A stretch of DNA of 64,000 nucleotides from a plasmid: the sequence record NZ_CP029448.1, one strand, 5' to 3'. Both the position numbers and the translations under genes were made by a program. Shown here piece by piece: positions 51,269 through 63,584 of the stretch (positions are counted from its first letter, which is position 1; the number at the start of each line of letters is the position of its first letter). The notes beneath the pieces are model-generated. The model saw only the letters and a list, made by a program, of their open reading frames with translations, ran no database searches and was not told where the DNA came from.

Positions 51269-54235
51269 ATGCCACGTCGTTCAATCCTGTCCGCCGCCGA
51301 GCGCGAAAGCCTGCTGGCGTTGCCGGACACCAAGGATGAGTTGATCCGTCACTACACGTTCAGCGAAACCGACCTCTCCATCATCCGGCAGCGGCGCGGC
51401 CCGGCCAACCGGCTGGGCTTCGCCGTGCAGCTCTGTTACCTGCGCTTTCCTGGTGTCATCCTGGGCGTCGATGAGCCGCCGTTTCCGCCCTTGTTGAAAC
51501 TGGTCGCCGACCAGCTCAAGGTCAGCGTCGAAAGCTGGGACGAATACGGGCAGCGGGAGCAGACCCGGCGCGAGCACCTGGTCGAACTGCAAACGGTGTT
51601 CGGCTTCCAGCCCTTTACCATGGGCCACTACCGGCAGGCCGTCCAGTTGCTGACCGAGATGGCCTTGCAGACCGACAAGGGCATCGTGCTGGCCAGCACC
51701 TTGATCGAGCACCTGCGGCAGCAGTCGGTCATTCTGCCTGCCCTCAACGCCGTCGAGCGGGCGAGCGCCGAAGCAATCACCCGCGCCAACCGGCGCATCT
51801 ACGATGCCTTGGCCGAACCGCTGTCGGACGCGCATCGCCGCCGCCTCGACGATCTGCTCAAGCGTCGGGACAACGGCAAAACGACCTGGCTGGCCTGGCT
51901 GCGCCAATCGCCCGTCAAACCGAATTCGCGGCACATGCTGGAACACATCGAACGCCTCAAAGCGTGGCAGGCGCTCGACCTGCCTTCTGGCATCGAGCGG
52001 TCGGTGCACCAGAACCGCCTGCTCAAGATCGCCCGTGAGGGTGGCCAGATGACGCCCGCCGACCTGGCCAAGTTCGAGGCGCAGCGACGCTATGCCACCC
52101 TGGTGGCGCTTGCCATCGAGGGCATGGCCACCGTCACCGACGAAATCATCGACCTGCACGACCGCCTCCTGGGCAAGCTGTTCAACGCCGCCAAGAACAA
52201 GCATCAGCAGCAATTCCAGGCGTCCGGCAAGGCGATCAACGCCAAGGTGCGGCTGTTCGGCCGCATCGGCCAGGCGCTGATCGAGGCCAAGCAGGCGGGC
52301 CGCGATCCGTTCGCCGCCATCGAGGCCGTCATGTCCTGGGATGCCTTCGCCGAGAGCGTCACCGAAGCGCAGAAGCTTGCGCAGCCCGAGGACTTCGATT
52401 TCCTGCACCGCATCGGCGAAAGCTACGCCACGCTGCGCCGCTACGCGCCGGAATTCCTTGCCGTGCTCAAGCTGCGGGCCGCTCCCGCCGCGAAGGACGT
52501 GCTCGACGCCATCGAGGTGCTGCGCGGCATGAACAGCGACAACGCCCGCAAGGTGCCCGCCGACGCGCCGACCGAGTTCATCAAGCCGCGCTGGCAGAAG
52601 CTGGTCATGACCGACACCGGCATCGACCGGCGCTACTACGAACTGTGCGCGCTGTCGGAGATGAAGAACGCGTTGCGTTCCGGCGACATCTGGGTGCAGG
52701 GGTCGCGCCAGTTCAAGGACTTCGAGGACTACCTGGTGCCGCCCGCGAAATTCGCCAGCCTCAAGCAGGCCAGCGAATTGCCGCTGGCCGTGGCCACCGA
52801 CTGCAACCGGTACCTGAACGACCGGCTGACGCTGCTGGAAACACAGCTTGCCACCGTCAACCGTATGGCGACGGCCAACGAGCTGCCGGACGCCATCATC
52901 ACCGAGTCAGGCTTGAAGATCACGCCGCTCGACGCGGCGGTACCCGACACCGCCCAAGCGCTGATCGACCAGACGGCAATGATCCTGCCGCACGTCAAGA
53001 TCACCGAACTGCTGCTGGAGGTGGACGAATGGACGGGCTTCACTCGGCATTTCGCGCATCTGAAATCGGGCGACCCGGCCAAAGACAAGAACCTGTTGCT
53101 GACCACGATCCTCGCCGACGCGATCAACCTGGGCCTGACCAAGATGGCGGAGTCTTGCCCCGGCACGACCTACGCCAAGCTGGCTTGGCTGCAAGCCTGG
53201 CACATCCGCGACGAAACCTACGGGGCGGCGCTGGCCGATCTGGTCAACGCACAGTTCCGCCATCCCTTCGCCGAGCACTGGGGCGACGGCACCACCTCAT
53301 CGTCGGACGGCCAGAACTTCCGCACCGGCAGCAAGGCCGAGAGCACCGGCCACATCAACCCGAAATACGGGAGCAGCCCAGGGCGGACGTTCTACACCCA
53401 CATTTCTGACCAGTACGCGCCATTTCACACCAAGGTCGTGAACGTCGGCGTGCGCGATTCGACCTACGTGCTCGACGGCCTGCTGTACCACGAGTCCGAC
53501 TTGCGGATCGAGGAGCATTACACCGACACGGCGGGCTTCACCGATCACGTCTTCGCCCTGATGCACCTCCTGGGCTTCCGCTTCGCGCCGCGCATCCGCG
53601 ACCTGGGCGACACCAAGCTCTACATCCCGAAGGGCGACGCCGCCTATGACGCGCTGAAACCCATGATCGGCGGCACGCTCAACATCAAGCACGTCCGCGC
53701 CCATTGGGACGAAATCCTGCGGCTGGCCACCTCGATCAAGCAGGGCACGGTGACGGCCTCCCTGATGCTCCGAAAGCTCGGCAGCTACCCACGCCAGAAC
53801 GGCCTGGCCGTGGCGCTCCGCGAGCTGGGCCGCATCGAGCGCACGCTGTTCATCCTGGACTGGCTGCAAAGCGTGGAACTGCGCCGCCGCGTGCATGCCG
53901 GCCTGAACAAGGGCGAGGCGCGCAATGCGCTGGCCAGGGCAGTGTTTTTCAACCGCCTGGGTGAAATCCGCGACCGCAGTTTCGAGCAGCAGCGCTACCG
54001 GGCTAGCGGCCTCAATCTGGTAACGGCTGCCGTCGTGTTGTGGAACACGGTCTATCTGGAACGGGCTGCGCACGCGCTGCGTGGCAACGGCCATGCCGTT
54101 GATGACGCGCTGTTGCAGTACCTGTCGCCGCTCGGTTGGGAGCACATCAACCTCACCGGCGATTACCTCTGGCGCAGCAGCGCCAAGATCGGCGCGGGCA
54201 AGTTCAGGCCGCTACGACCGCTGCAACCGGCTTAG
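51269..54235 (+). CDS. tnpA: Tn21-type transposase TnpA (988 aa).
   Basis: [62 protein letters not shown]. Confidence 0.95.
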   Translation: MPRRSILSAAERESLLALPDTKDELIRHYTFSETDLSIIRQRRGPANRLGFAVQLCYLRFPGVILGVDEPPFPPLLKLVADQLKVSVESWDEYGQREQTRREHLVELQTVFGFQPFTMGHYRQAVQLLTEMALQTDKGIVLASTLIEHLRQQSVILPALNAVERASAEAITRANRRIYDALAEPLSDAHRRRLDDLLKRRDNGKTTWLAWLRQSPVKPNSRHMLEHIERLKAWQALDLPSGIERSVHQNRLLKIAREGGQMTPADLAKFEAQRRYATLVALAIEGMATVTDEIIDLHDRLLGKLFNAAKNKHQQQFQASGKAINAKVRLFGRIGQALIEAKQAGRDPFAAIEAVMSWDAFAESVTEAQKLAQPEDFDFLHRIGESYATLRRYAPEFLAVLKLRAAPAAKDVLDAIEVLRGMNSDNARKVPADAPTEFIKPRWQKLVMTDTGIDRRYYELCALSEMKNALRSGDIWVQGSRQFKDFEDYLVPPAKFASLKQASELPLAVATDCNRYLNDRLTLLETQLATVNRMATANELPDAIITESGLKITPLDAAVPDTAQALIDQTAMILPHVKITELLLEVDEWTGFTRHFAHLKSGDPAKDKNLLLTTILADAINLGLTKMAESCPGTTYAKLAWLQAWHIRDETYGAALADLVNAQFRHPFAEHWGDGTTSSSDGQNFRTGSKAESTGHINPKYGSSPGRTFYTHISDQYAPFHTKVVNVGVRDSTYVLDGLLYHESDLRIEEHYTDTAGFTDHVFALMHLLGFRFAPRIRDLGDTKLYIPKGDAAYDALKPMIGGTLNIKHVRAHWDEILRLATSIKQGTVTASLMLRKLGSYPRQNGLAVALRELGRIERTLFILDWLQSVELRRRVHAGLNKGEARNALARAVFFNRLGEIRDRSFEQQRYRASGLNLVTAAVVLWNTVYLERAAHALRGNGHAVDDALLQYLSPLGWEHINLTGDYLWRSSAKIGAGKFRPLRPLQPA

Positions 54236-54247
54236 CGTGCTTTATTT

Positions 54248-55564
54248 AATGAGATGGTCACTCCCTCCTTCCCGGTACTATGCTGAGGACAGGCTTTCAT
54301 TCGGAGAACTATCATGGAAAACATTGCGCTCATTGGTATCGATCTGGGTAAAAACTCTTTCCATATTCATTGCCAGGATCGTCGCGGGAAGGCTGTTTAC
54401 CGTAAAAAATTTACCCGGCCAAAGTTGATCGAATTTTTGGCGACATGCCCCGCTACAACCATCGCAATGGAAGCCTGTGGCGGTTCTCACTTTATGGCAC
54501 GCAAGTTGGAAGAGTTGGGGCATTCCCCAAAGCTGATATCACCACAATTTGTCCGCCCGTTCGTTAAAAGCAATAAAAACGACTTTGTCGACGCCGAAGC
54601 TATTTGTGAAGCTGCATCGCGTCCGTCTATGCGTTTTGTGCAGCCCAGAACGGAATCTCAGCAGGCAATGCGGGCTCTGCATCGTGTCCGTGAATCCCTG
54701 GTTCAGGATAAGGTAAAAACAACCAATCAAATGCATGCTTTTCTGCTGGAATTTGGCATTAGCGTTCCCCGAGGAGCTGCCGTTATTAGCCGACTGAGTA
54801 CCATTCTTGAGGATAATAGTTTGCCTCTTTACCTCAGCCAGTTATTGCTGAAATTACAACAGCATTATCACTATCTTGTTGAGCAGATTAAAGATTTGGA
54901 ATCCCAGTTGAAACGAAAGTTGGACGAAGATGAGGTTGGACAGCGCTTGCTGAGCATTCCCTGCGTCGGAACACTGACAGCGAGTACTATTTCAACTGAG
55001 ATTGGCGACGGGAAGCAGTACGCCAGCAGCCGTGACTTTGCGGCGGCAACAGGGCTTGTACCTCGGCAGTACAGCACGGGAGGTAGGACGACATTGCTGG
55101 GAATTAGTAAGCGAGGTAATAAAAAGATCCGAACTTTGTTGGTTCAATGTGCCAGGGTATTCATACAAAAACTGGAACACCAGTCTGGCAAATTGGCCGA
55201 TTGGGTCAGGGATTTACTGTGCCGGAAAAGCAACTTTGTCGTCACTTGTGCTCTGGCAAACAAGCTGGCCAGAATAGCCTGGGCCCTAACGGCACGACAG
55301 CAAACTTATGTAGCATAACGGCAGAAATACACCGGTTTAAAGAATTACTGATCTGGTTTTGCGAATACTGATATTGATGATACTAACGGCCCACCGGCCT
55401 GTTGAGGAACCTGTAAAACGGAAAGGCTCATTGAAGCCGTATATTTTCTGGAGGTTCATCAGGCGCGGAACTCATCAAGGCGCGGGAATAAAATCCCATT
55501 CAGACGCCGGATAGATTCAAGCAAGCCAACTTGTCGTCAAAATCGGTGTTGCAAAAACGGGAGT
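54248..55564 (+). mobile_element. IS4321/IS5075-type IS110-family element inserted at a fixed position inside the 38-bp IRtnp.
   Basis: The 334-aa transposase MENIALIGIDLGKNSFHIHCQDRRGKAVY... (54314..55318). The 38-bp inverted repeat is split into 17 nt (54231..54247) and 21 nt (55565..55585). The IS length here (~1317 bp) is close to the reported ~1.3 kb. Confidence 0.8.
54314..55318 (+). CDS. IS110-family (IS1111 subgroup) transposase, 334 aa.
   Basis: As above. Confidence 0.85.
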   Translation: MENIALIGIDLGKNSFHIHCQDRRGKAVYRKKFTRPKLIEFLATCPATTIAMEACGGSHFMARKLEELGHSPKLISPQFVRPFVKSNKNDFVDAEAICEAASRPSMRFVQPRTESQQAMRALHRVRESLVQDKVKTTNQMHAFLLEFGISVPRGAAVISRLSTILEDNSLPLYLSQLLLKLQQHYHYLVEQIKDLESQLKRKLDEDEVGQRLLSIPCVGTLTASTISTEIGDGKQYASSRDFAAATGLVPRQYSTGGRTTLLGISKRGNKKIRTLLVQCARVFIQKLEHQSGKLADWVRDLLCRKSNFVVTCALANKLARIAWALTARQQTYVA

Positions 55565-55978
55565 GACCATAGATTCCGTTTTCTGAGACGACCCCTTAAT
55601 GTCTGCTTTGTGCCATGAGCGGACGTTGCTAAACGTAGTTGGGTAATCGAGTCTCTTCCCGGCACGCATTCTTTATCAGGGCAAGCTTGCTCCCTTTAAG
55701 TATCTGCGCGTGCAGCTCCCGCTCCCAGAAACTGGCATCAACGGTGATGTTAAAATTAGGGCTGTATATTGCTTTTTCCGCCCCTGTCAGGCTCTGACTA
55801 TAGCTGGACCAATTGAACCGGTTTCTTTATTATCTACTCAAACATGAATGCAGTTGAAACATTCGGGTAAGCTTTATCAGGTATGATTTACATGGATAAA
55901 TTTGTCGCATATTTCTCCTTAAAGATGAGACAAATATGTAAGTTCGATAAAAAAGTACTATCTATATAACAGGATTTA

Positions 55979-56561
55979 ATGATGTCAATTGCTACCATCG
56001 GGCCTGCAAAATACGATTTTCAGGATTTTGTTTGTATAAAGTTTGCGCTGGATTTTTATAAATTTGAGAATGCAACTCTCATTGTTGAAGGCGAAGGGGG
56101 TGAGGATGCGGAAATTTCTGCAGACATTGACGGCACGAAGATTGTGTATGAGATTCAGGTGAAAGGTTCTGAAGAGCATTTCGGCCTCCCTCTTTTGGCA
56201 GAATGCCTCAGCCATTTTCCAGCACATGAGCCCACTCACTTTTTCCTAGAACGCCTAGTTAACGATCCAAATCGTTTTGCCGTCATGGTGATGTCGGGGC
56301 GCGCGAATGATTCTCTTCAGAAGTTTATACCAAGAGGGAACTGGCGTGGCAAAGAACATAGCACCATTTATTTCACACTTCAGGAAGCCGAACTGCTGAT
56401 TGATGCAATGCGGAGTCATGCTGAATCGTTGAAAGGATCTGATCTTAAGGCTGAAAGAAAAAAATATCTGAATGACTACTTAACGGGTATTGACAGAAAA
56501 TCCCTCACCGCAGCATTTAAACGACTCATTATCATTGATGGCATCAAAGATACAGACCTAA
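55979..56561 (+). pseudogene. 5' part (194 codons) of a ~405-aa hypothetical gene split by IS5. It has a possible PD-(D/E)xK-like segment (DIDGTKIVYEIQVKG). AT-rich.
   Basis: The frame continues precisely across the IS5 insertion into ORF 57758..58393 once the IS and one 4-bp repeat are removed. Confidence 0.55.
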
Positions 56562-57757
<1,196 letters not shown>

Positions 57758-58393
57758 TTAAGTCCTTATGCACCTATGGCGTTTGATTATGTTCTGAGGT
57801 TTTTTGAGGATAAGGAGGAATTGCTTTGTGAGGTTATCAACGTATCGGATGAATCGCGATTGCAGAAAATTTTTGACTACCTATTTTACTTTTATCAGGA
57901 TTCCAATCCCGAAAATCTTCCTCTCGTATGGGAAACGTTGTTCAGTCGAGCTACTGAAGATGTAATCTGCGATAACTGGCTGCCGTTGTTCGGTAGATAT
58001 GCCAATCGTATCTTTAAAGATTTTCTCGTTGAAGAAATGGAAAAATTCATCCCGCAACGCTATATTCATATATTTTTAAAGAAAATTCCCGATACGTTTT
58101 ATTACATGTACTCCCATAATTTTCTGAAAAGTGAATTTTGTGAACATAAAGGTAATGAAATTATAGTAAGTGAAGAGATGATGTCTGTGTTTTATAAAAA
58201 CATCAATGACCGAATGGTCAAATCACCTCCAGTACACCATAACACCTATGATCACATTATAAACACATTAAGGAAGATGCATGGTTCGGAGGAAATCATT
58301 CAGGCTTGGAATGATGCAAGGAGCAGCTTGTTTGAGTATACATCCCATGAGTCTCCTTTCCTCCCTCCTGCTTTAAATGACTGGCAGAACTAG
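57758..58393 (+). pseudogene. 3' part (~211 codons) of the IS5-split hypothetical gene.
   Basis: Same frame as 55979..56561 after excision of the IS. Confidence 0.55.
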
Positions 58394-58571
58394 CAGCCTC
58401 ATAATGTCGCAGTACTCACTGCGGCATTATTCATCGAATCCGTTTCTGCTAAAATCTATCGTACTTGAAGAGGATCGGAAATAATTCACGGTCAAGCAGC
58501 TGACCTGCTCCCCGTTGATTAATACACCACGATGTTAGTAATGTCTTCATAAGCCACATGAGGACATCCCC

Positions 58572-58835
58572 ATGAAGAAGCGTTTTTCCGACGAACAGAT
58601 CATCAGTATCCTCCGCGAGGCTGAAGCCGGGGTTTCTGCCCGTGAGCTCTGCCGTAAGCACGCCATTTCCGACGCCACCTTTTACACCTGGCGTAAGAAG
58701 TATGGCGGTATGGAGGTGCCCGAGGTTAAGCGCCTGAAGTCGCTTGAGGAAGAGAACGCCAGGCTCAAGAAGCTGCTTGCCGAAGCCATGCTGGATAAGG
58801 AGGCGCTTCAGGTGGCTCTGGGGCGAAAGTACTGA
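58572..58835 (+). CDS. IS3-family orfA (HTH).
   Basis: As above. Confidence 0.8.
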   Translation: MKKRFSDEQIISILREAEAGVSARELCRKHAISDATFYTWRKKYGGMEVPEVKRLKSLEEENARLKKLLAEAMLDKEALQVALGRKY

Positions 58836-58858
58836 CGACAGACCAGAAGCGGGAAGCC

Positions 58859-59692
58859 GTGATGTTGATGTGTGATGCGACCGGTCTGTCGCAACGTCGT
58901 GCCTGCAGGCTTACAGGTTTGTCCCTGTCGACCTGCCGTTATGATGCTCAGCGTCCGGCTGCTGATGCACATTTATCAGGGCGTATTACTGAGCTGGCGC
59001 TTGAACGCAGACGTTTTGGTTATCGGCGTATCTGGCAGTTGCTGCGTAGGGAGGGCCTTCACGTCAATCACAAGCGGGTATACCGTATTTACCACCTTAA
59101 TGGACTGAGCGTAAAACGCAGACGACGCCGTAAAGGGCTGGCGACCGAACGGTTTCCGCTTCTTCGCCCGGATGCGCCGAACCTTACATGGTCGATGGAT
59201 TTCGTTATGGACGCACTGGCCAACGGTCGCAGGATCAAGTGCCTGACCTGTGTGGATGATTTCACGAAGGAGTGTCTGACGATCACCGCTGCTTTCGGTA
59301 TTTCAGGCGTTCAGGTCACGCGTATTCTGGACAGCATCGCGTTGTTTCGGGGCTATCCGGCGACAATAAGAACCGATCAGGGCCCGGAATTTACCTGCCG
59401 CGCGCTCGATCAATGGGCCTTTGAGCATGGTGTGGAACTACGGCTTATCCAGCCAGGTAAGCCAACGCAGAACGGATTTATTGAGAGTTTTAACGGACGC
59501 TTTCGCGATGAGTGTCTGAACGAACACTGGTTCAGCGATATCGTTCACGCCAGGAAAACCATTAACGACTGGAGGCAGGATTATAACGAGTGTCGTCCAC
59601 ATTCGGCACTGAATTATCTGACGCCATCAGAGTTTGCAGCACGGTGGCGAAATGGAAAATGTGAAGGTAAACAAACCGACATTACTAACTGA
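58859..59692 (+). CDS. IS3-family orfB (DDE catalytic domain). In vivo it is probably expressed as an OrfAB fusion through a -1 frameshift.
   Basis: As above. Confidence 0.8.
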   Translation: MMLMCDATGLSQRRACRLTGLSLSTCRYDAQRPAADAHLSGRITELALERRRFGYRRIWQLLRREGLHVNHKRVYRIYHLNGLSVKRRRRRKGLATERFPLLRPDAPNLTWSMDFVMDALANGRRIKCLTCVDDFTKECLTITAAFGISGVQVTRILDSIALFRGYPATIRTDQGPEFTCRALDQWAFEHGVELRLIQPGKPTQNGFIESFNGRFRDECLNEHWFSDIVHARKTINDWRQDYNECRPHSALNYLTPSEFAARWRNGKCEGKQTDITN

Positions 59693-60653
59693 CGGTTGTA
59701 TCTAATCCTGGGGGCAGGTCAAAAGTGATCTGGCAGTATCACCGAACAGAGGCTGGATGACACATAATAGAATTATGTATGTCTTTGTTTCCAAGATGCA
59801 TTCTAATTTGTAAATGTAGTGATTTGCATCAAAGATGTTTTCTTTTTTATTGACCCAGAACAAGGTAAAAAGGTGGGAGCACAGACGGCAGGCCATGGCA
59901 CGAAATGTAAATTTAGCTGTCTGTTTTTTTGTACTCAACCAGCTGGGTATGTAATGAACGCTCACCAGTAGCATGTAGCCAACTTTTTTATATGTGGCGG
60001 GTCTTATTTCGCTGAAAAAGCCGGAAGGGATTACATGGCCTAGTTGGCCTGTTACAGAAATGAACACAGGGTAGTCCCAATGCGCACAGCACGTCTCGCT
60101 GCGGAAAACGTCTGAATTGCTGAGCAGAATTGTTCCCACCATCGCCTAAGATCCTGACCCGGGTTTGACGCTACTAACCGTAAGTTGCTGTGCAATGTGT
60201 TGTTCGACAGAACAGGCAGTCAGTAGGTGATAGTGGAAGTTTTTGGTGCAAAAGGCGGCAACATCGCAGCACAGACAGCAACCCGGGGCCGTGGAAAATA
60301 ATGCAACCAGATACCGTGATGCCTTGGAGAAACCTCGCCCTTCAGGCCGGGGAGGAAAAGAGGCGGTTTTCCGGCAAACATGGTTTTCCGAGTAGGCTGA
60401 CGTACCAGCACTGATTATGGTTGTGCTAAAGACCTGGAGAACTCTAATCCAAGGCTCTGTCCGGACCGAAATCATCCGGCACGATGCGTGTAAACGATAC
60501 CGCAGAAGTCTACTTTTCAAACGTACATTGTAGTAAGTTGAAAAAGAATATAAAAAAAATAAAAAATAGGATAACATCAGACGTGACATAGCTCAGATAT
60601 CACTCCTTGATACCAGAATTTTTTTCGTTAGAGTTTTCTAGAGGGAATAATTT

Positions 60654-62527
60654 ATGGGTAAAACATCTATTTCGGAAATCTTATCTACTTATCATCATTT
60701 GCAATTAGAAAACGCAAATGAAGCCGCTACAAGACTAAAAGTGATAGATCGGGTCTTAAAGGAAGTCTTGATGTGGACTGATAGTGATATCAAACCAGAA
60801 GAACATGTCACTGAGGATGGTTTGACAACCTATGCTGATTATATACTAAAAACAGCCAATATTGCGCTTGTTGTGGAAGCTAAAAAGGCAGGACCTAGCT
60901 TCACTGTCACGCCAGGAAAAAGGAAGGTAAAGCTTAGTAATAGTTTTTTACAGTGTGATCTTGGTGAAGCAATAATACAAGCCAGAGACTACGCAAGAAA
61001 ATTTGGTATAGATTATGCCGTCGCTACGAATGGAAATGTCTGGGCATGCTTTCCTGCCCAGAGGCATGATAATGTGAAATTTAATGATTCAATAGCGCTT
61101 GTGTTCTGGTCACTTGAAGATTGTCTACATGAGAATTATCAAGAATTCTATGATTTGCTTAGTCGTGAAAATGTTATATCAGGAAGTCTGGAAACAGCTC
61201 TCTTGGGTCGCGTCGAAAATCAAATCGAGTTTAGAAAGTTAAAGAATTTTTATTCTCAGCAAAATAGAACTCAGACTAATAACCCGATATATCATTTAAT
61301 TGCAGATGAGTTAAGATTGGCATTTTCTGATTCCATACTTTATTTAGATGAAGATTCCTTTGAAAAATGTTATGTTTCAACGCCAGAAACTATGCGATTC
61401 GACAGTAAAATTAGGATGAATATTGGTAGGCGTTCAAATGTTCTGAATGGTGAGGTATTAAAAGGGTTAAATGATAAAGATACACAAAGAATAATCGATA
61501 AGTTCCAAGTGAAAGGAAAGAAAAAGATACACATCAAGGACAGCAAACCTCTAGCAATCTTGCTACTCGGGACTGTGGGGGCAGGTAAAACAACCTTTCT
61601 TCATTACATGAGAAAGGTTAGAATAAAAGAGATTTTTTCAAATAAAGAAGATAAATTGACGCCACATTGGCTTCATATAGATTTCCTTGATAATCCATCA
61701 GAAAGCTCAATAGTAGATTTTATCTACAAATCAATCCTCGAATACATCAATAGGCATCCAATCTTAAGTAATCAGACGTTTGTATTTGATGCATTTAGAG
61801 AAGATATTGAAGCAATTAAGTCGGGGCCTCTTTTTCTATTGAGCGAGGAGCAAAAAAACTCTCGCATCTCCGATTTTTTATATGAGCAATATAAAAACAT
61901 CAGACCTTATGTTGATAAAATAATCAGTCACATTACAAAAACAACATCTTTTTTCCTTGTTATAGATAACGTTGATCAAATTGAGCTTGATGATATTCAG
62001 TCCCGGATATTTACAGAATCATTTTCAATATCGCGGGCACTTTCATTAAACCTTGTGCTCTCATTGAGGCAGTCTACTTTTATCAAACATAAAAATTCTC
62101 CGGCTATAGATGCTTTTGATTTTGAAATTATACAAATAGATCCACCAAGAATTAGCAGTGTAATAGCAAAAAGATTTGCTCTAGTAAAATATATGACCAG
62201 TAATAAAAGTGGTAATTTCATCGCAGAAAATGGTGCTAAAGTTGCCTTAGATGATATATCACAATTAGTCGATATTATCAGTGGGTCTGTACTGGGAAGT
62301 GAGATTGGGACACGTATTGAGGTACTTGCGACGGATGATGTGCGGTTAGCATTACGAATGACTCGTGAGTTCCTAGAAAGGGGTTATACGAGCCCAGGTA
62401 AGGCAGTACAAATCTTTAGAGAACAAGGAAGATATCTTCTTCCCCGACATGAGGCATTCAGAGCCATTTTATTGGGTACTGAATTGACATATAGCGAGTC
62501 AACATCGACTATTGCTAACCCATTTGA
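60654..62527 (+). pseudogene. 5' part (624 codons) of a large defence-like gene. It has an N-terminal HsdR-N/Mrr-type PD-(D/E)xK nuclease domain and a P-loop NTPase (Walker A GTVGAGKTT, Walker B-like FFLVIDNVD). IS903 interrupts it. AT-rich.
   Basis: NEAATRLKVIDRVLKEVLMW...YADYILKTANIALVVEAKKAG matches the HSDR_N pattern (compare hsdR 27882). The IS903 insertion carries a perfect 9-bp target-site duplication CCCATTTGA. Confidence 0.6.
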
Positions 62528-63584
62528 GGCTTTGTTGAATAAATCAGATTTCGGGTAAGTCTCCCCCGTAGCGGGTTGTGTTTTCAGGCAATACGCACGC
62601 TTTCAGGCATACCTGCTTTCGTCATTTTGTTCAGCGCTCGTACCAGGGCCATAGCCTCCGCAACCTGACCATCGTAGTCACGCAGCGTCAGTGAACCCCC
62701 GAACAGCTGTTTTACCCGGTACATCGCCGTTTCCGCTATCGAGCGACGGTTGTAATCTGTTGTCCATTTCCACCGCGCATTACTCCCGGTCATTCGCTGA
62801 TTAGCCACTGCACGGTTACGGTCTGCATATTCACCGGGCCAGTAACCCGCACCTTTTCGGGGAGGGATAAGCGCGCTGATTTTCTTACGCCGCAGTTCAT
62901 CGTGACAGAGCCGGGTGTCGTAAGCGCCGTCTGCCGATGCTGCCCTGATTTTTCTGTGAGTCTGCCGGATAAGACCCGGGAAGGCTTCTGAGTCCGTCAC
63001 ATTGTTCAGCGACAGGTCTGCACAGATGATTTCATGTGTGTTGCTGTCAACTGCCAGATGCAGCTTACGCCAGATACGGCGGCGTTCCTGGCCATGCTTT
63101 TTGACTTTCCACTCGCCTTCACCGAAGACCTTCAGCCCGGTGGAATCAATCACCAGATGCGCGATTTCACCCCGGGTGAACGTTTTGAAACTGACATTAA
63201 CCGACTTTGCGCGCTTGCTGACACTGGTGTAATCCGGGCAGCGCAACGGAACATTCATCAGTGTAAAAATGGAATCAATAAAACCCTGTGCAGCCCGCAG
63301 GGTCAGCCTGAATACGCGTTTAATGACCAGCACAGTCGTGATGGCAAGGTCAGAATAGCGCTGAGGTCTGCCTCGTGATGAAGGCGTTGCCGACTCATAC
63401 CAGGCCTGAATAGCTTCATCATCCAGCCAGAAAGTTATGGAGCCACGGTTGATGAGGGCTTTATTGTAGGTGGGCCAGTTGGTGATTTTGAACTTTTGCT
63501 TTGCCACGGAACGGTCTGCGTTGTCGGGAAGATGTGTGATCTGATCCTTCAACTCAGCAAAAGTTCGATTTATTCAACAAAGCC
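62528..63584 (-). mobile_element. IS903 (1057 bp) inserted as a simple transposition, with the 9-bp target-site duplication CCCATTTGA at 62519..62527 and 63585..63593.
   Basis: 18-bp inverted repeats at both ends. The transposase (62584..63507) is identical to the copy at 44011..44934. Confidence 0.95.
62584..63507 (-). CDS. tnpA: IS903 transposase.
   Basis: Identical protein to the first copy. Confidence 0.9.
   Translation of the reverse strand: MAKQKFKITNWPTYNKALINRGSITFWLDDEAIQAWYESATPSSRGRPQRYSDLAITTVLVIKRVFRLTLRAAQGFIDSIFTLMNVPLRCPDYTSVSKRAKSVNVSFKTFTRGEIAHLVIDSTGLKVFGEGEWKVKKHGQERRRIWRKLHLAVDSNTHEIICADLSLNNVTDSEAFPGLIRQTHRKIRAASADGAYDTRLCHDELRRKKISALIPPRKGAGYWPGEYADRNRAVANQRMTGSNARWKWTTDYNRRSIAETAMYRVKQLFGGSLTLRDYDGQVAEAMALVRALNKMTKAGMPESVRIA

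Larger units (their letters stand above)
58501..59721 (+). mobile_element. IS3-family insertion sequence (IS407-group-like, ~1221 bp) with termini TGACCTGC(T/C)CCCC. It carries orfA (58572..58835) and orfB (58859..59692).
   Basis: OrfA has an HTH ([46 protein letters not shown]). OrfB has a DDE domain (…TDQGPEFT…[17 protein letters not shown]). A terminal inverted repeat is seen. No target-site duplication was identified. Confidence 0.75.

Noticed and set aside
51281-54145. Long minus-strand ORFs (375 aa, 282 aa and others) inside the Tn21-type tnpA, plus many 60-250-aa ORFs antisense to merA/merD (48140..50153)
   Set aside because: The DNA here is high-GC, which keeps antisense frames open. 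The sense-strand genes are canonical, and the translations are Arg/Gly/Ala-rich nonsense.
59702-60589. Two ~146-aa minus-strand ORFs between the IS3-family element and the defence-like gene
   Set aside because: Cys/Trp/Phe-rich nonsense translations with no ribosome-binding sites. The region is treated as non-coding.
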